This document shows positions 7,974 to 15,350 of a DNA stretch of 26,133 nt, piece after piece. The position numbers were made by a program, and so were the translations under genes. The notes beneath the pieces are model-generated. The model ran no database searches and had not been told where the DNA came from. It was given only the letters and a program-made list of their open reading frames with translations. Numbering within the stretch: position 1 is the first letter of the stretch; the number at the start of each line of letters is the position of its first letter. This DNA is from Spongiibacteraceae bacterium. Lineage in GTDB: Bacteria; Pseudomonadota; Gammaproteobacteria; Pseudomonadales; CAMLJR01. The stretch spans positions 1 through 26,133 of the forward strand of contig DATIED010000267.1 of the NCBI GenBank assembly GCA_035455965.1. The letters run 5' to 3'.

Positions 7974-9683
7974 CTACATTTCCAGCGAGCGGTATTTTTC
8001 CCGCAGATGATTGCGCAACGCCACCGCGCTGAAGTTCAGCAGCGCGATGATAATTACCAATAACAGCGCAGTCGCGTATACCAGCGGCCGCGCGGCTTCG
8101 ACGTTAGGGCTTTGAAAACCGACATCGAAAATATGAAAACCCAAATGCATGAATTTGCGATCGAGGTGCATGAACGGGAAGTTGCCATCGAGTGGCAGGG
8201 TCGGTGCCAGCTTAACCACGCCGACCAGCATCAGCGGTGCGACTTCGCCGGCGGCGCGCGCCACCGCCAGAATCAAACCGGTCATCATCGCCGGGCTCGC
8301 CATCGGCAATACCACGCGCCATAAAGTTTCTATTTTGGTGGCGCCGAGTGCGAGACTGCCCTCGCGCAGCGAGCGCGGAATACGCGCCAGCCCTTCCTCG
8401 GTTGCCACAATCACCACTGGCAGCGTCAGCAATGCCAAGGTAAGCGATGCCCACATCAAGCCCGGTGTGCCGAAGGTCGGCGCCGGCAACGCTTCCGGGA
8501 AAAATAATTTATCGATATTGCCGCCGATAAAATAGACGAAGAAGCCGAGCCCGAACATGCCATATACAATCGACGGTACGCCGGCCAGATTATTGACGGC
8601 GATGCGCACGATACGCGTAACCGCACCCTGCTTGGCATACTCGCGCAAATACACGGCAGCGATTACGCCGAACGGCGTGACGATGATCGACATAATCAAT
8701 ACCATCGCGACCGTGCCGAAAATGGCGGGGAAAATACCGCCTTCGGTGTTCGCTTCGCGCGGCTCATCGGTCAGGAACGTCCACAATTTAACGCAATAAA
8801 ACTGCATCTTGCCGAGCAGACTCATCGCATTCGGGCGATCGGCGCGCACTACTTTACTGAGTGGGATAGTTACGATATGACCGTCCGCCACTTCCGCGGT
8901 CAAGCTGTCGCGGTTGACCTGCTGATATAAATCCGCCAACTGTCCCTGCAGAGCTTTGTACTCGGCTTGCAAACTGGTGCGCTCGCTTTCGATCTGCTCC
9001 TGCATCGCGGCGACTTCGGCCGGCGTCATACGTGTTTTGTTCAGCTCCAATTTGCGTGCGCGCAAACGCAGTTGATCGATTCGATAATTGATACCGCCGA
9101 TCTGCTTTTTTTCCACCTGATAAATTTGCTCGTGCAGCGCATCGGAGCGCACCAAGCGATCCTGTAGTGCGCGCCAGGCACCGGACTCATCGCTGGCGCT
9201 GTCGGCGACTACGTTGTCTTGCTCTTTTACCTGGCGCAAAAAGCCATAGAAATTACCCCATTCGCGCCGCTCCAGCACCATTGCGGTGACTGGCAATTGC
9301 TCACTCTTCAGATAGGGTTGCAAAAACCAGCTGAAATCGTGTCCCAACACATCGCGGTTGCCGAGCTTGAATAAATCGCGACGCACGAAGGCTTGCTCGG
9401 TATCGAATTCGACACCAGAGCCGTGTAATTGCGCGATCGGCACCGACTCGCTTTCGACCAGTTCGCCGATAATCCGCACCGGTGCAGCGCCGGGCACTAC
9501 GTAATCCGCCTGCACGATGGCGCCCGGCCAAAAGTGGCCGAGGCCACGCACTGCCAACAGCCCTAGCAGCGCGATAACAGCCACCACGCTAAGCGTTACC
9601 GCAGCGGCGTTGAACCAAATAAACGGCTCGCCACTTTTAATCCAGGCGCGCGTGGAGAGCTTGTCCTGCTGTGCCAAAGCCAT
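7974..9683 (-). CDS. pstA: Phosphate ABC transporter permease PstA (long type with periplasmic coiled-coil domain)
   Basis: EANTEGGIFPAIFGT, NLAGVPSIVYG, EAA-loop LREGSLALGAT, ARAAGEVAPL. Confidence 0.96.
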   Translation of the reverse strand: MALAQQDKLSTRAWIKSGEPFIWFNAAAVTLSVVAVIALLGLLAVRGLGHFWPGAIVQADYVVPGAAPVRIIGELVESESVPIAQLHGSGVEFDTEQAFVRRDLFKLGNRDVLGHDFSWFLQPYLKSEQLPVTAMVLERREWGNFYGFLRQVKEQDNVVADSASDESGAWRALQDRLVRSDALHEQIYQVEKKQIGGINYRIDQLRLRARKLELNKTRMTPAEVAAMQEQIESERTSLQAEYKALQGQLADLYQQVNRDSLTAEVADGHIVTIPLSKVVRADRPNAMSLLGKMQFYCVKLWTFLTDEPREANTEGGIFPAIFGTVAMVLIMSIIVTPFGVIAAVYLREYAKQGAVTRIVRIAVNNLAGVPSIVYGMFGLGFFVYFIGGNIDKLFFPEALPAPTFGTPGLMWASLTLALLTLPVVIVATEEGLARIPRSLREGSLALGATKIETLWRVVLPMASPAMMTGLILAVARAAGEVAPLMLVGVVKLAPTLPLDGNFPFMHLDRKFMHLGFHIFDVGFQSPNVEAARPLVYATALLLVIIIALLNFSAVALRNHLREKYRSLEM

Positions 9684-9702
9684 CGAAATTCGATCTCAAC
9701 AA

Positions 9703-11982
9703 TTAAATGACGCTGTAGCGGTTACGCAAACGATTGCGAATAATTTCCGCCAATGTGTTCAACACGAAAGTGAACATGAAAAGTACGAATGCCGCCAGGA
9801 ATAACACCCGGTAATGCGTGCTGTCGACCGCCGTCTCGCCGATTTCGACGGCGATATTCGCCGACAGCGTGCGCATGCCTTGAAACAGATTGCCATCCAT
9901 CACCGCGGTATTACCGGCCGCCATCAACACGATCATCGTCTCGCCGACCGCGCGACCGAGACCGATCATCAGCGCAGAGAAAATACCCGGGCTCGCCGTC
10001 GGCAATACCACGCCGACCAGCGTTTGCCACGGTGTGGCGCCCAATGCCAGCGAGCCGTAACTCAAATGTTTCGGCACCGAGAAAATGGCATCCTCGGCGA
10101 TCGAGAAAATATTCGGAATCACCGCGAACCCCATCGCGATACCGACCACCAGCGCATTGCGCTGCGCGTAATCGACGCCCCACTCGCTGCGCATCCAACT
10201 GCGCATATCGCCGCCGAACCACGCCAGCTCGAACGGCGCGCTGAACGCGATACACAGATAGGCGGTGATAATGACCACCGGCACCAGAATGAGCGGTTGC
10301 CAGCCATCGGGGACCCACTTGCGCCACGCGATCGGCAGTTGATTCCACAGGAAGGCAAATAGCAGCACCGCGATCGGCATGAAGATCAGAATAAAGAATA
10401 TGCCCGGCAAATTATGCTCGACCACCGGCGCCAGCCACAGGCCCGCCAGGAAACCCAGAATGACCGTCGGCAGCGCCGCCATCAATTCGACTAACGGTTT
10501 TACTTTGCGGCGCAGGGTCGGCGCCATGAAATAGGCGGTGTACAATGCGCCGCAAATCGCCAATGGCGTAGCGACCAGCATCGCGTAAAACGCTGCTTTC
10601 AAAGTCCCGAATGCCAGCGGCATCAAGCTGTATTTGGGCTCGAAATCGGAGTTGGCCGAGGACGACTGCCATACGTAATCGGCCAGCGGATAATTTTCGT
10701 ACCAGACTTTATCCCACAACACCGACCAGGAAATCTCCGGATGGTTGTTGGTCACCGACCAGAAATGCAATTTATTGTCGCCGGTTTCATAAATCAACGC
10801 ATTGGCGCGCGGACTCATCGCCAATGCCGATACTGGTGCACCGGCTGGAGCCGATAATAAATGGCGTTGCGAGGTGGAGTAATAAATTTGCAATTGCTGT
10901 TTGGCGTCGACCGTAACAAAACCTTTGCGGCGATGTTCCATTGCCAACTGATTGACCGCGCTGCCATCGCCGAACGAACGAATGCGCGTCAACTGCGGCG
11001 AAGCATCCGGTTTGCGCACCAGGAACCACTGACTGAGTTCGCCGTGATTGCTGGCCACCATAATCGAAATGCCGCCGAGCAGGAATTTCGCATCGGTCAA
11101 TTCGCCGCTCGCAAACAAGCGCCCGCTATCGATGACATTGCCCGCCTTTAAATCGACGACGCGATAATTGCCATCGCCGGCTAATACGTAGAGCCATTTT
11201 TGATCGGGCGAGATCAGCAGCCGCGTCGGATTGATATCGACCTCGGGGACCGCCAAGGCCACTTCTTCGGTGACGCTTTCACCGCTTAAAAAGTCTTCGC
11301 GCTTTTCCCATTTGCGCGCCACCAAATGGCCACCACCACTGGCCGCCACCACCACCAGACCGTTGTCGCCGTTGCGCAGCGCGATCGCCTGCAAAGCTTC
11401 TCCGGCCTGCAGCACCAAGGGTTTGTCGCCAAACGGATAGGTCATACTCGGCGCAATCTGACGTCGGCCCTTGCCATCGTAGGTCGCGCTGTACTCGTGA
11501 TGCGTCAATACCACACTGCCGTCGCTCAAGCCCAGAGCCAATAATTGGCTCTGCTCGGAGTCGAGTGCAAAACTGGTGATTTGTGTAGCGGGGGGAATAG
11601 GCAGAACAAAGTTTTCAACCGGCTCGCCGCTGGCCGCGCGAAAAAAAGCCACGCGCCCCAGACGATCCAGGCGCAAGCCGATTTCAGCCTGCTCCTCCAG
11701 TGCGAGGTACAGCGGCGGCGCCGCGCCCTCGGGGCCAGCTACCAGGGCATAACTCGCCACCGGCTGCGCCGCAGCGGAGCGAAATAACGGCACGATTTCG
11801 TACAAGAGGTAAAAAAAGATCAGCAGAATGGCGACTAATACGCTCATGCCACCGGCACTGATAGCCACCGCGGCGGCGCGGTCCTTGAATTTGCGGATCC
11901 AATGCCGCCGGCCGCTGCCGAGCAGGCGGCTGGCCTCTGCAGCGCTCGCGGAGGGCGTTAAACTCATAGTAGGCTCGTTCAT
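9703..11982 (-). CDS. pstC: Phosphate ABC transporter permease PstC (long type with large periplasmic, probably beta-propeller, domain)
   Basis: PLAFGTLKAA, ELMAALPTVILG, GSLALGATPWQT, GRAVGETMIVLMAAGN. The start is ATG 11982 or ATG 11967. Confidence 0.95.
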   Translation of the reverse strand: MNEPTMSLTPSASAAEASRLLGSGRRHWIRKFKDRAAAVAISAGGMSVLVAILLIFFYLLYEIVPLFRSAAAQPVASYALVAGPEGAAPPLYLALEEQAEIGLRLDRLGRVAFFRAASGEPVENFVLPIPPATQITSFALDSEQSQLLALGLSDGSVVLTHHEYSATYDGKGRRQIAPSMTYPFGDKPLVLQAGEALQAIALRNGDNGLVVVAASGGGHLVARKWEKREDFLSGESVTEEVALAVPEVDINPTRLLISPDQKWLYVLAGDGNYRVVDLKAGNVIDSGRLFASGELTDAKFLLGGISIMVASNHGELSQWFLVRKPDASPQLTRIRSFGDGSAVNQLAMEHRRKGFVTVDAKQQLQIYYSTSQRHLLSAPAGAPVSALAMSPRANALIYETGDNKLHFWSVTNNHPEISWSVLWDKVWYENYPLADYVWQSSSANSDFEPKYSLMPLAFGTLKAAFYAMLVATPLAICGALYTAYFMAPTLRRKVKPLVELMAALPTVILGFLAGLWLAPVVEHNLPGIFFILIFMPIAVLLFAFLWNQLPIAWRKWVPDGWQPLILVPVVIITAYLCIAFSAPFELAWFGGDMRSWMRSEWGVDYAQRNALVVGIAMGFAVIPNIFSIAEDAIFSVPKHLSYGSLALGATPWQTLVGVVLPTASPGIFSALMIGLGRAVGETMIVLMAAGNTAVMDGNLFQGMRTLSANIAVEIGETAVDSTHYRVLFLAAFVLFMFTFVLNTLAEIIRNRLRNRYSVI

Positions 11983-11988
11983 CGGCGC

Positions 11989-12022
11989 ATTTTAGGCGCG
12001 CATTATGACAGTTATATGACAA
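11989..12022 (-). promoter_or_regulatory. Pho box promoter of pstCAB-phoU
   Basis: Minus strand TTGTCAT-ATAA-CTGTCAT-10 bp-TAAAAT, near identical to the canonical E. coli Pho box CTGTCATA(A/T)A(T/A)CTGTCA(C/T). Confidence 0.92.
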
Positions 12023-12306
12023 TAATTCGCAATGGCCGCCGTACCGGCCAAACAGTATGCAATGTTGTCGATCGAGTTAGGAATGTTCGGCTTTTTTGTT
12101 TGGTGAGCTCGCTTTTGAGCTGTGGATTTTAAAGGGTGTTCGCGCCATGTGTTGCGCGCAACTATTGGCGGTGCAGCAATCTGTAAACAGTTTGGGCGGC
12201 ATCAAAAACGGGGGCTATCGCCCAAGTACTGTATCGAGATCGATAAGGCAAATGTTTTTGCGAAATCCATATGTCCATTCTATAGCATCTTACCGCAACA
12301 GCGGCT

Positions 12307-12339
12307 CGCTACGCTGCGAGAGCACATAACAGCGTAGCG
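12307..12339. other. 10-bp stem hairpin downstream of the VPVPA-CTERM gene
   Basis: CGCTACGCTG (12307-16) pairs with CAGCGTAGCG (12330-39) around a 13-nt loop. No U-tract follows on either strand, so it is not called a terminator. Confidence 0.5.
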
Positions 12340-12431
12340 GTGCTAAAAAATCAAAGCTCAACCGATAAAAATCCGTCCACTCGTGCCGTTTTTACCTCCC
12401 TGGTATTCGATCGAGCGCTACAACGTTTGAT

Positions 12432-13211
12432 TTATGTGGCGGCGCGACGGCGGCGTGCCATGCCCGTCAAACCGATCAAGCCCGAACCGAACAACCAGGC
12501 TGCTGCAGGAACCGGCACTGCGGGTTGCGCAGCGGCAATTTGCCAGTTGATGGTGGTGGTATTCAGCGATAAACCCCCGCCACTGGTATCGGTACCGGCA
12601 AGCGTACCGGAGAATGCGCTTCTGTCTTCGGAGAAGACGAAGCTCAGCGCCAGACCCTCCCAGTTTTTGCTCGCGGTAGAGAACGAGGTACATACTTTGC
12701 CCAGGCTCGACGTCACACCATTCACGCAAGTGGCAGCAGCGGTTTCGGAATAGACGGATGCACCGCCGCCATTTACCGCACCGGGTAATTTGGTGAAGGT
12801 AAACGTGTTAGTGGCTTCGTCGTACGCACCGGTGCCGGAGAACGATTGAGTGACGCCCGTGTAGCTTTGGCGGCCGTCGAGCAGAATCGCGAGGGCCTGT
12901 GCAGTGGTTTGGGTTCTATAATCGCCGTATTGGATATTACCGGTGAAGGTAACCGCTGCCAGGTTTGTGAAGTCAAACGTCCAGCCGCTGGCTTTCACCA
13001 TCTGAATAGCCGGAGCGGTTTTGTTAGTGGCGGGACCGGAAGCCAAATCGACATACCATACGTTGGTAATCGCGCTAGCTGTGGCTGTATTTACCTTGAT
13101 GCTTGCCAGCGGATCGGCGGCGGTGCCCGAGGTGGCGGTACCGGTATAAGCTGCGAACGAGGGTGAAGCGATAATGCCTGATATTGCTGCGACTAAAGTT
13201 AATTTATTCAT
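12432..13211 (-). CDS. Secreted protein of unknown function with VPLPA-CTERM-type anchor (VPVPA), 259 aa
   Basis: SD AAGGTG and ATG 13211. Signal peptide MNKLTLVAAISGIIASPSFA. Thr/Ala/Gly/Ser-rich beta-type body. C-terminus VPVPAAAWLFGSGLIGLTGMARRRR. Confidence 0.9.
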   Translation of the reverse strand: MNKLTLVAAISGIIASPSFAAYTGTATSGTAADPLASIKVNTATASAITNVWYVDLASGPATNKTAPAIQMVKASGWTFDFTNLAAVTFTGNIQYGDYRTQTTAQALAILLDGRQSYTGVTQSFSGTGAYDEATNTFTFTKLPGAVNGGGASVYSETAAATCVNGVTSSLGKVCTSFSTASKNWEGLALSFVFSEDRSAFSGTLAGTDTSGGGLSLNTTTINWQIAAAQPAVPVPAAAWLFGSGLIGLTGMARRRRAAT

Positions 13212-13402
13212 TTTTATCACCTTTATTATCCGTAAATTATAGGGTTAAGCGACATTGGTTTTATTAGGGAGCAGTGTCACTCTGGTGATGAGCCGTTTTT
13301 ACAACAATCCGAGTGTTGGCTCGTTTATTTAAGTTATAGTTTTTAATGGATCTGTTTCAGTGGGCAATAGCCGAACTACATTGATGAGCCATTCCAACTG
13401 GC

Positions 13403-13432
13403 TTTTATATGCCTCATTTTATATGCCTCATT
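13403..13432. repeat. Tandem repeat TTTTATATGCCTCA x2 (14-bp period)
   Basis: Exact copies at 13403-13416 and 13417-13430 in an AT-rich divergent intergenic region. Confidence 0.9.
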
Positions 13433-13584
13433 GTTGCACTCAATTCGGCCACCATGATGTAGCTCGCTATTAATACCAAACTACGTTACATAGATCAAAG
13501 ATTGATCTGTTGCTTTGGAGCCAACCTGTCACCTATAAAGGTTATAAAAACAGGCACAAACACCCCTATCGAGACAAAATCGTC

Positions 13585-14373
13585 ATGAAAAAAATTTTGA
13601 TCATCGGTATCGGCGCCGGCAACCCCGAGCACGTCACGATACAAGCGGTGAATGCGCTCAATCAGGTCGATGTTTTTTTTATTATGAACAAGGGCATCGC
13701 CAAGGGAAAACTGGTCGACTTGCGCAAAGAGATTTGCAGCCGCTACATCGCCGGGCACAACTATCGGTTTGTCGAAGCGGCTAGTCCCGAACGCAACCGC
13801 GACAATCCGCACTACGAATGTAATATCGAGGAGCTCAATAAGGACAAACAACAAATTTTTGAACGCCTGATTGCGGAGGAGTTGGCCGACGGCGAATGCG
13901 GCGGTTTTCTGGTCTGGGGAGATCCCACACTGTACGACAGCACGATCCGCATTATTGCAGCCATCGTCCGCAGCGGTCGGCAGCGCCTCGAATTCGATGT
14001 CATTCCCGGCATCAGTAGTATTCAGGTGCTGGCAGCGAGCCATAAGGTGGCGTTAAATCGGATCGGCCAGCCCATCGAGATCACCACCGGCCGCAAACTC
14101 GCCGAAGCATTGCCGGGCAATTTTACTGGTACTTTCTCAAACGATGTCGATAGCGTCGTCGTTATGCTGGATGCCGAGAATACGTATAAAAAACTCCTCG
14201 ATCGCGATCTCGATATCTATTGGGGTGCGTATATCGGTACTCCCGATGAAGTTTTGATTGCCGGCAAACTGAGCGAGGTGGCTGACGAAATCGAGCGCGT
14301 GCGCAACGAGGCTCGCGAAACCAACGGCTGGATTATGGATACCTATTTATTACGCAAGAGCGATGCGACTTAA
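13585..14373 (+). CDS. cobF: Precorrin-6A synthase (deacetylating), tetrapyrrole methylase family
   Basis: MKKILIIGIGAGNPEHVTIQAV, FLVWGDPTLYDST, VIPGISSIQVLAA, ITTGR, YWGAYIGTPDE and C-terminal GWIMDTYLLR are all characteristic of CobF. Confidence 0.92.
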   Translation: MKKILIIGIGAGNPEHVTIQAVNALNQVDVFFIMNKGIAKGKLVDLRKEICSRYIAGHNYRFVEAASPERNRDNPHYECNIEELNKDKQQIFERLIAEELADGECGGFLVWGDPTLYDSTIRIIAAIVRSGRQRLEFDVIPGISSIQVLAASHKVALNRIGQPIEITTGRKLAEALPGNFTGTFSNDVDSVVVMLDAENTYKKLLDRDLDIYWGAYIGTPDEVLIAGKLSEVADEIERVRNEARETNGWIMDTYLLRKSDAT

Positions 14374-14392
14374 AATCCAATCTACAAACAAT

Positions 14393-15031
14393 CTACTCTT
14401 CGGGCGTGCGACCCGGAGATAAAACTCCCCAAATGGCCAACCGCAAATTCTCGCGCATTTTATTAATATTCTTGCGATCGAAGGTCGCATACGCGAGCTT
14501 GCTATCGATCAACCCCACACTTTCCGACATTAACAGATAGTGCCCGATGGTGCCGCCGACAATGGCAAATATGTGCGTCACCGGAACATTCCGAAATACT
14601 TTGGCAGCAATGCCCTCCTTGATCGCCGCACGCCATGACTCCACGCTCATCGAAGCAAGACTACGCGGATTGACCGTCTCGTTATCTTCCGACAGCAGAT
14701 TGTAAATCCCCATGCGGATTTGCGCCGGATTTTCGCAATATAAATCGACGGCTTGATCGATCAAATAATTCATATAGTCCGTGAGACTGGCAAAGTCACT
14801 GCGCTTTTTTTGCGAAACGCTTTCATCCGTTGCCTGAAAGTGCCGACTGAGCACCGCCCTATAAATCGAATATTTATCCGGGTAGTGATAAAGCAACGAA
14901 GGCCGCTTGATACCGACCTCGGCGGCTATATCGTCGAGCGTGGTCGCCGCATAACCTTTGCGCGCAAACAATTTTTCTGCCGTAAGCATTATGAGCTCTC
15001 GGGTTTCGTCACCCGTGCGGCGCTGCTTCAT
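14393..15031 (-). CDS. TetR/AcrR family transcriptional regulator
   Basis: N-terminal HTH: ILMLTAEKLF-like segment ELIMLTAEKLFARKGYAATTLDDIAAEVGIKRPSLLYHYPDK. Confidence 0.93.
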   Translation of the reverse strand: MKQRRTGDETRELIMLTAEKLFARKGYAATTLDDIAAEVGIKRPSLLYHYPDKYSIYRAVLSRHFQATDESVSQKKRSDFASLTDYMNYLIDQAVDLYCENPAQIRMGIYNLLSEDNETVNPRSLASMSVESWRAAIKEGIAAKVFRNVPVTHIFAIVGGTIGHYLLMSESVGLIDSKLAYATFDRKNINKMRENLRLAIWGVLSPGRTPEE

Positions 15032-15091
15032 AAGGTAGAACTCTTTTCAGTAAGACGAATAGTTATGTTTGTAGTATACGCGCACGCAGTA

Positions 15092-15120
15092 TTGACTTGC
15101 CGGGTCGGTCTTGCAATAAT
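15092..15120 (+). promoter_or_regulatory. Putative sigma70 promoter for the TonB-dependent receptor
   Basis: TTGACT (15092-97), 17 bp spacer, AATAAT (15115-20), immediately followed by the palindromic operator. Confidence 0.55.
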
Positions 15121-15148
15121 TTTACCTACCTACATGTCAGTAGGTAAA
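15121..15148. promoter_or_regulatory. Palindromic operator, probably for the adjacent TetR
   Basis: TTTACCTAC-CT-ACATGT-CA-GTAGGTAAA is a 28-bp palindrome with 12 of 14 symmetric pairs, lying between the divergent tetR and receptor genes. Confidence 0.7.
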
Positions 15149-15350
15149 GTTTCAGACAAGTCTCGAACGAAAGCCCAAGCCATCCAAGCGCAATCGATCA
15201 AAGAACAGCCAAAGCATAGTCAATGTCCCGCGGCAGCCAGGAGCTAATCGCCTCCATGCAGCGGGCAAATTGTATGGCCGGCGATTTACCCATTTGCATC
15301 GCCGCGATCGCGCCTGTCGAATTCAGAAAATTAAAAAGAGGAGAAACCTA

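Noticed and set aside
12096-12337. Small + strand ORFs (71-77 aa) in the pstC upstream region
   Set aside because: No clear SD, no motif and atypical composition. They cannot be supported without Ribo-seq or homologues.
12307-12339. Hairpin as an intrinsic terminator or integron attC site
   Set aside because: No U-tract follows on either strand, and there are no RYYYAAC/GTTRRRY boundaries.
13434-13451. Sigma54-like promoter (minus strand TGGCCGAATTGAGTGCAA) for the VPVPA-CTERM gene
   Set aside because: The GG-to-GC spacing is 11 nt, whereas sigma54 strictly needs 10.
15235-15243. AGCCAGGAG resembling the 3' end of a cobalamin riboswitch upstream of the TonB receptor (tempting given the nearby cobF)
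   Set aside because: The other conserved elements (GGGAA, GCCCCCGCAACTGT, GACCTGCC) are absent, and the receptor does not look BtuB-like.
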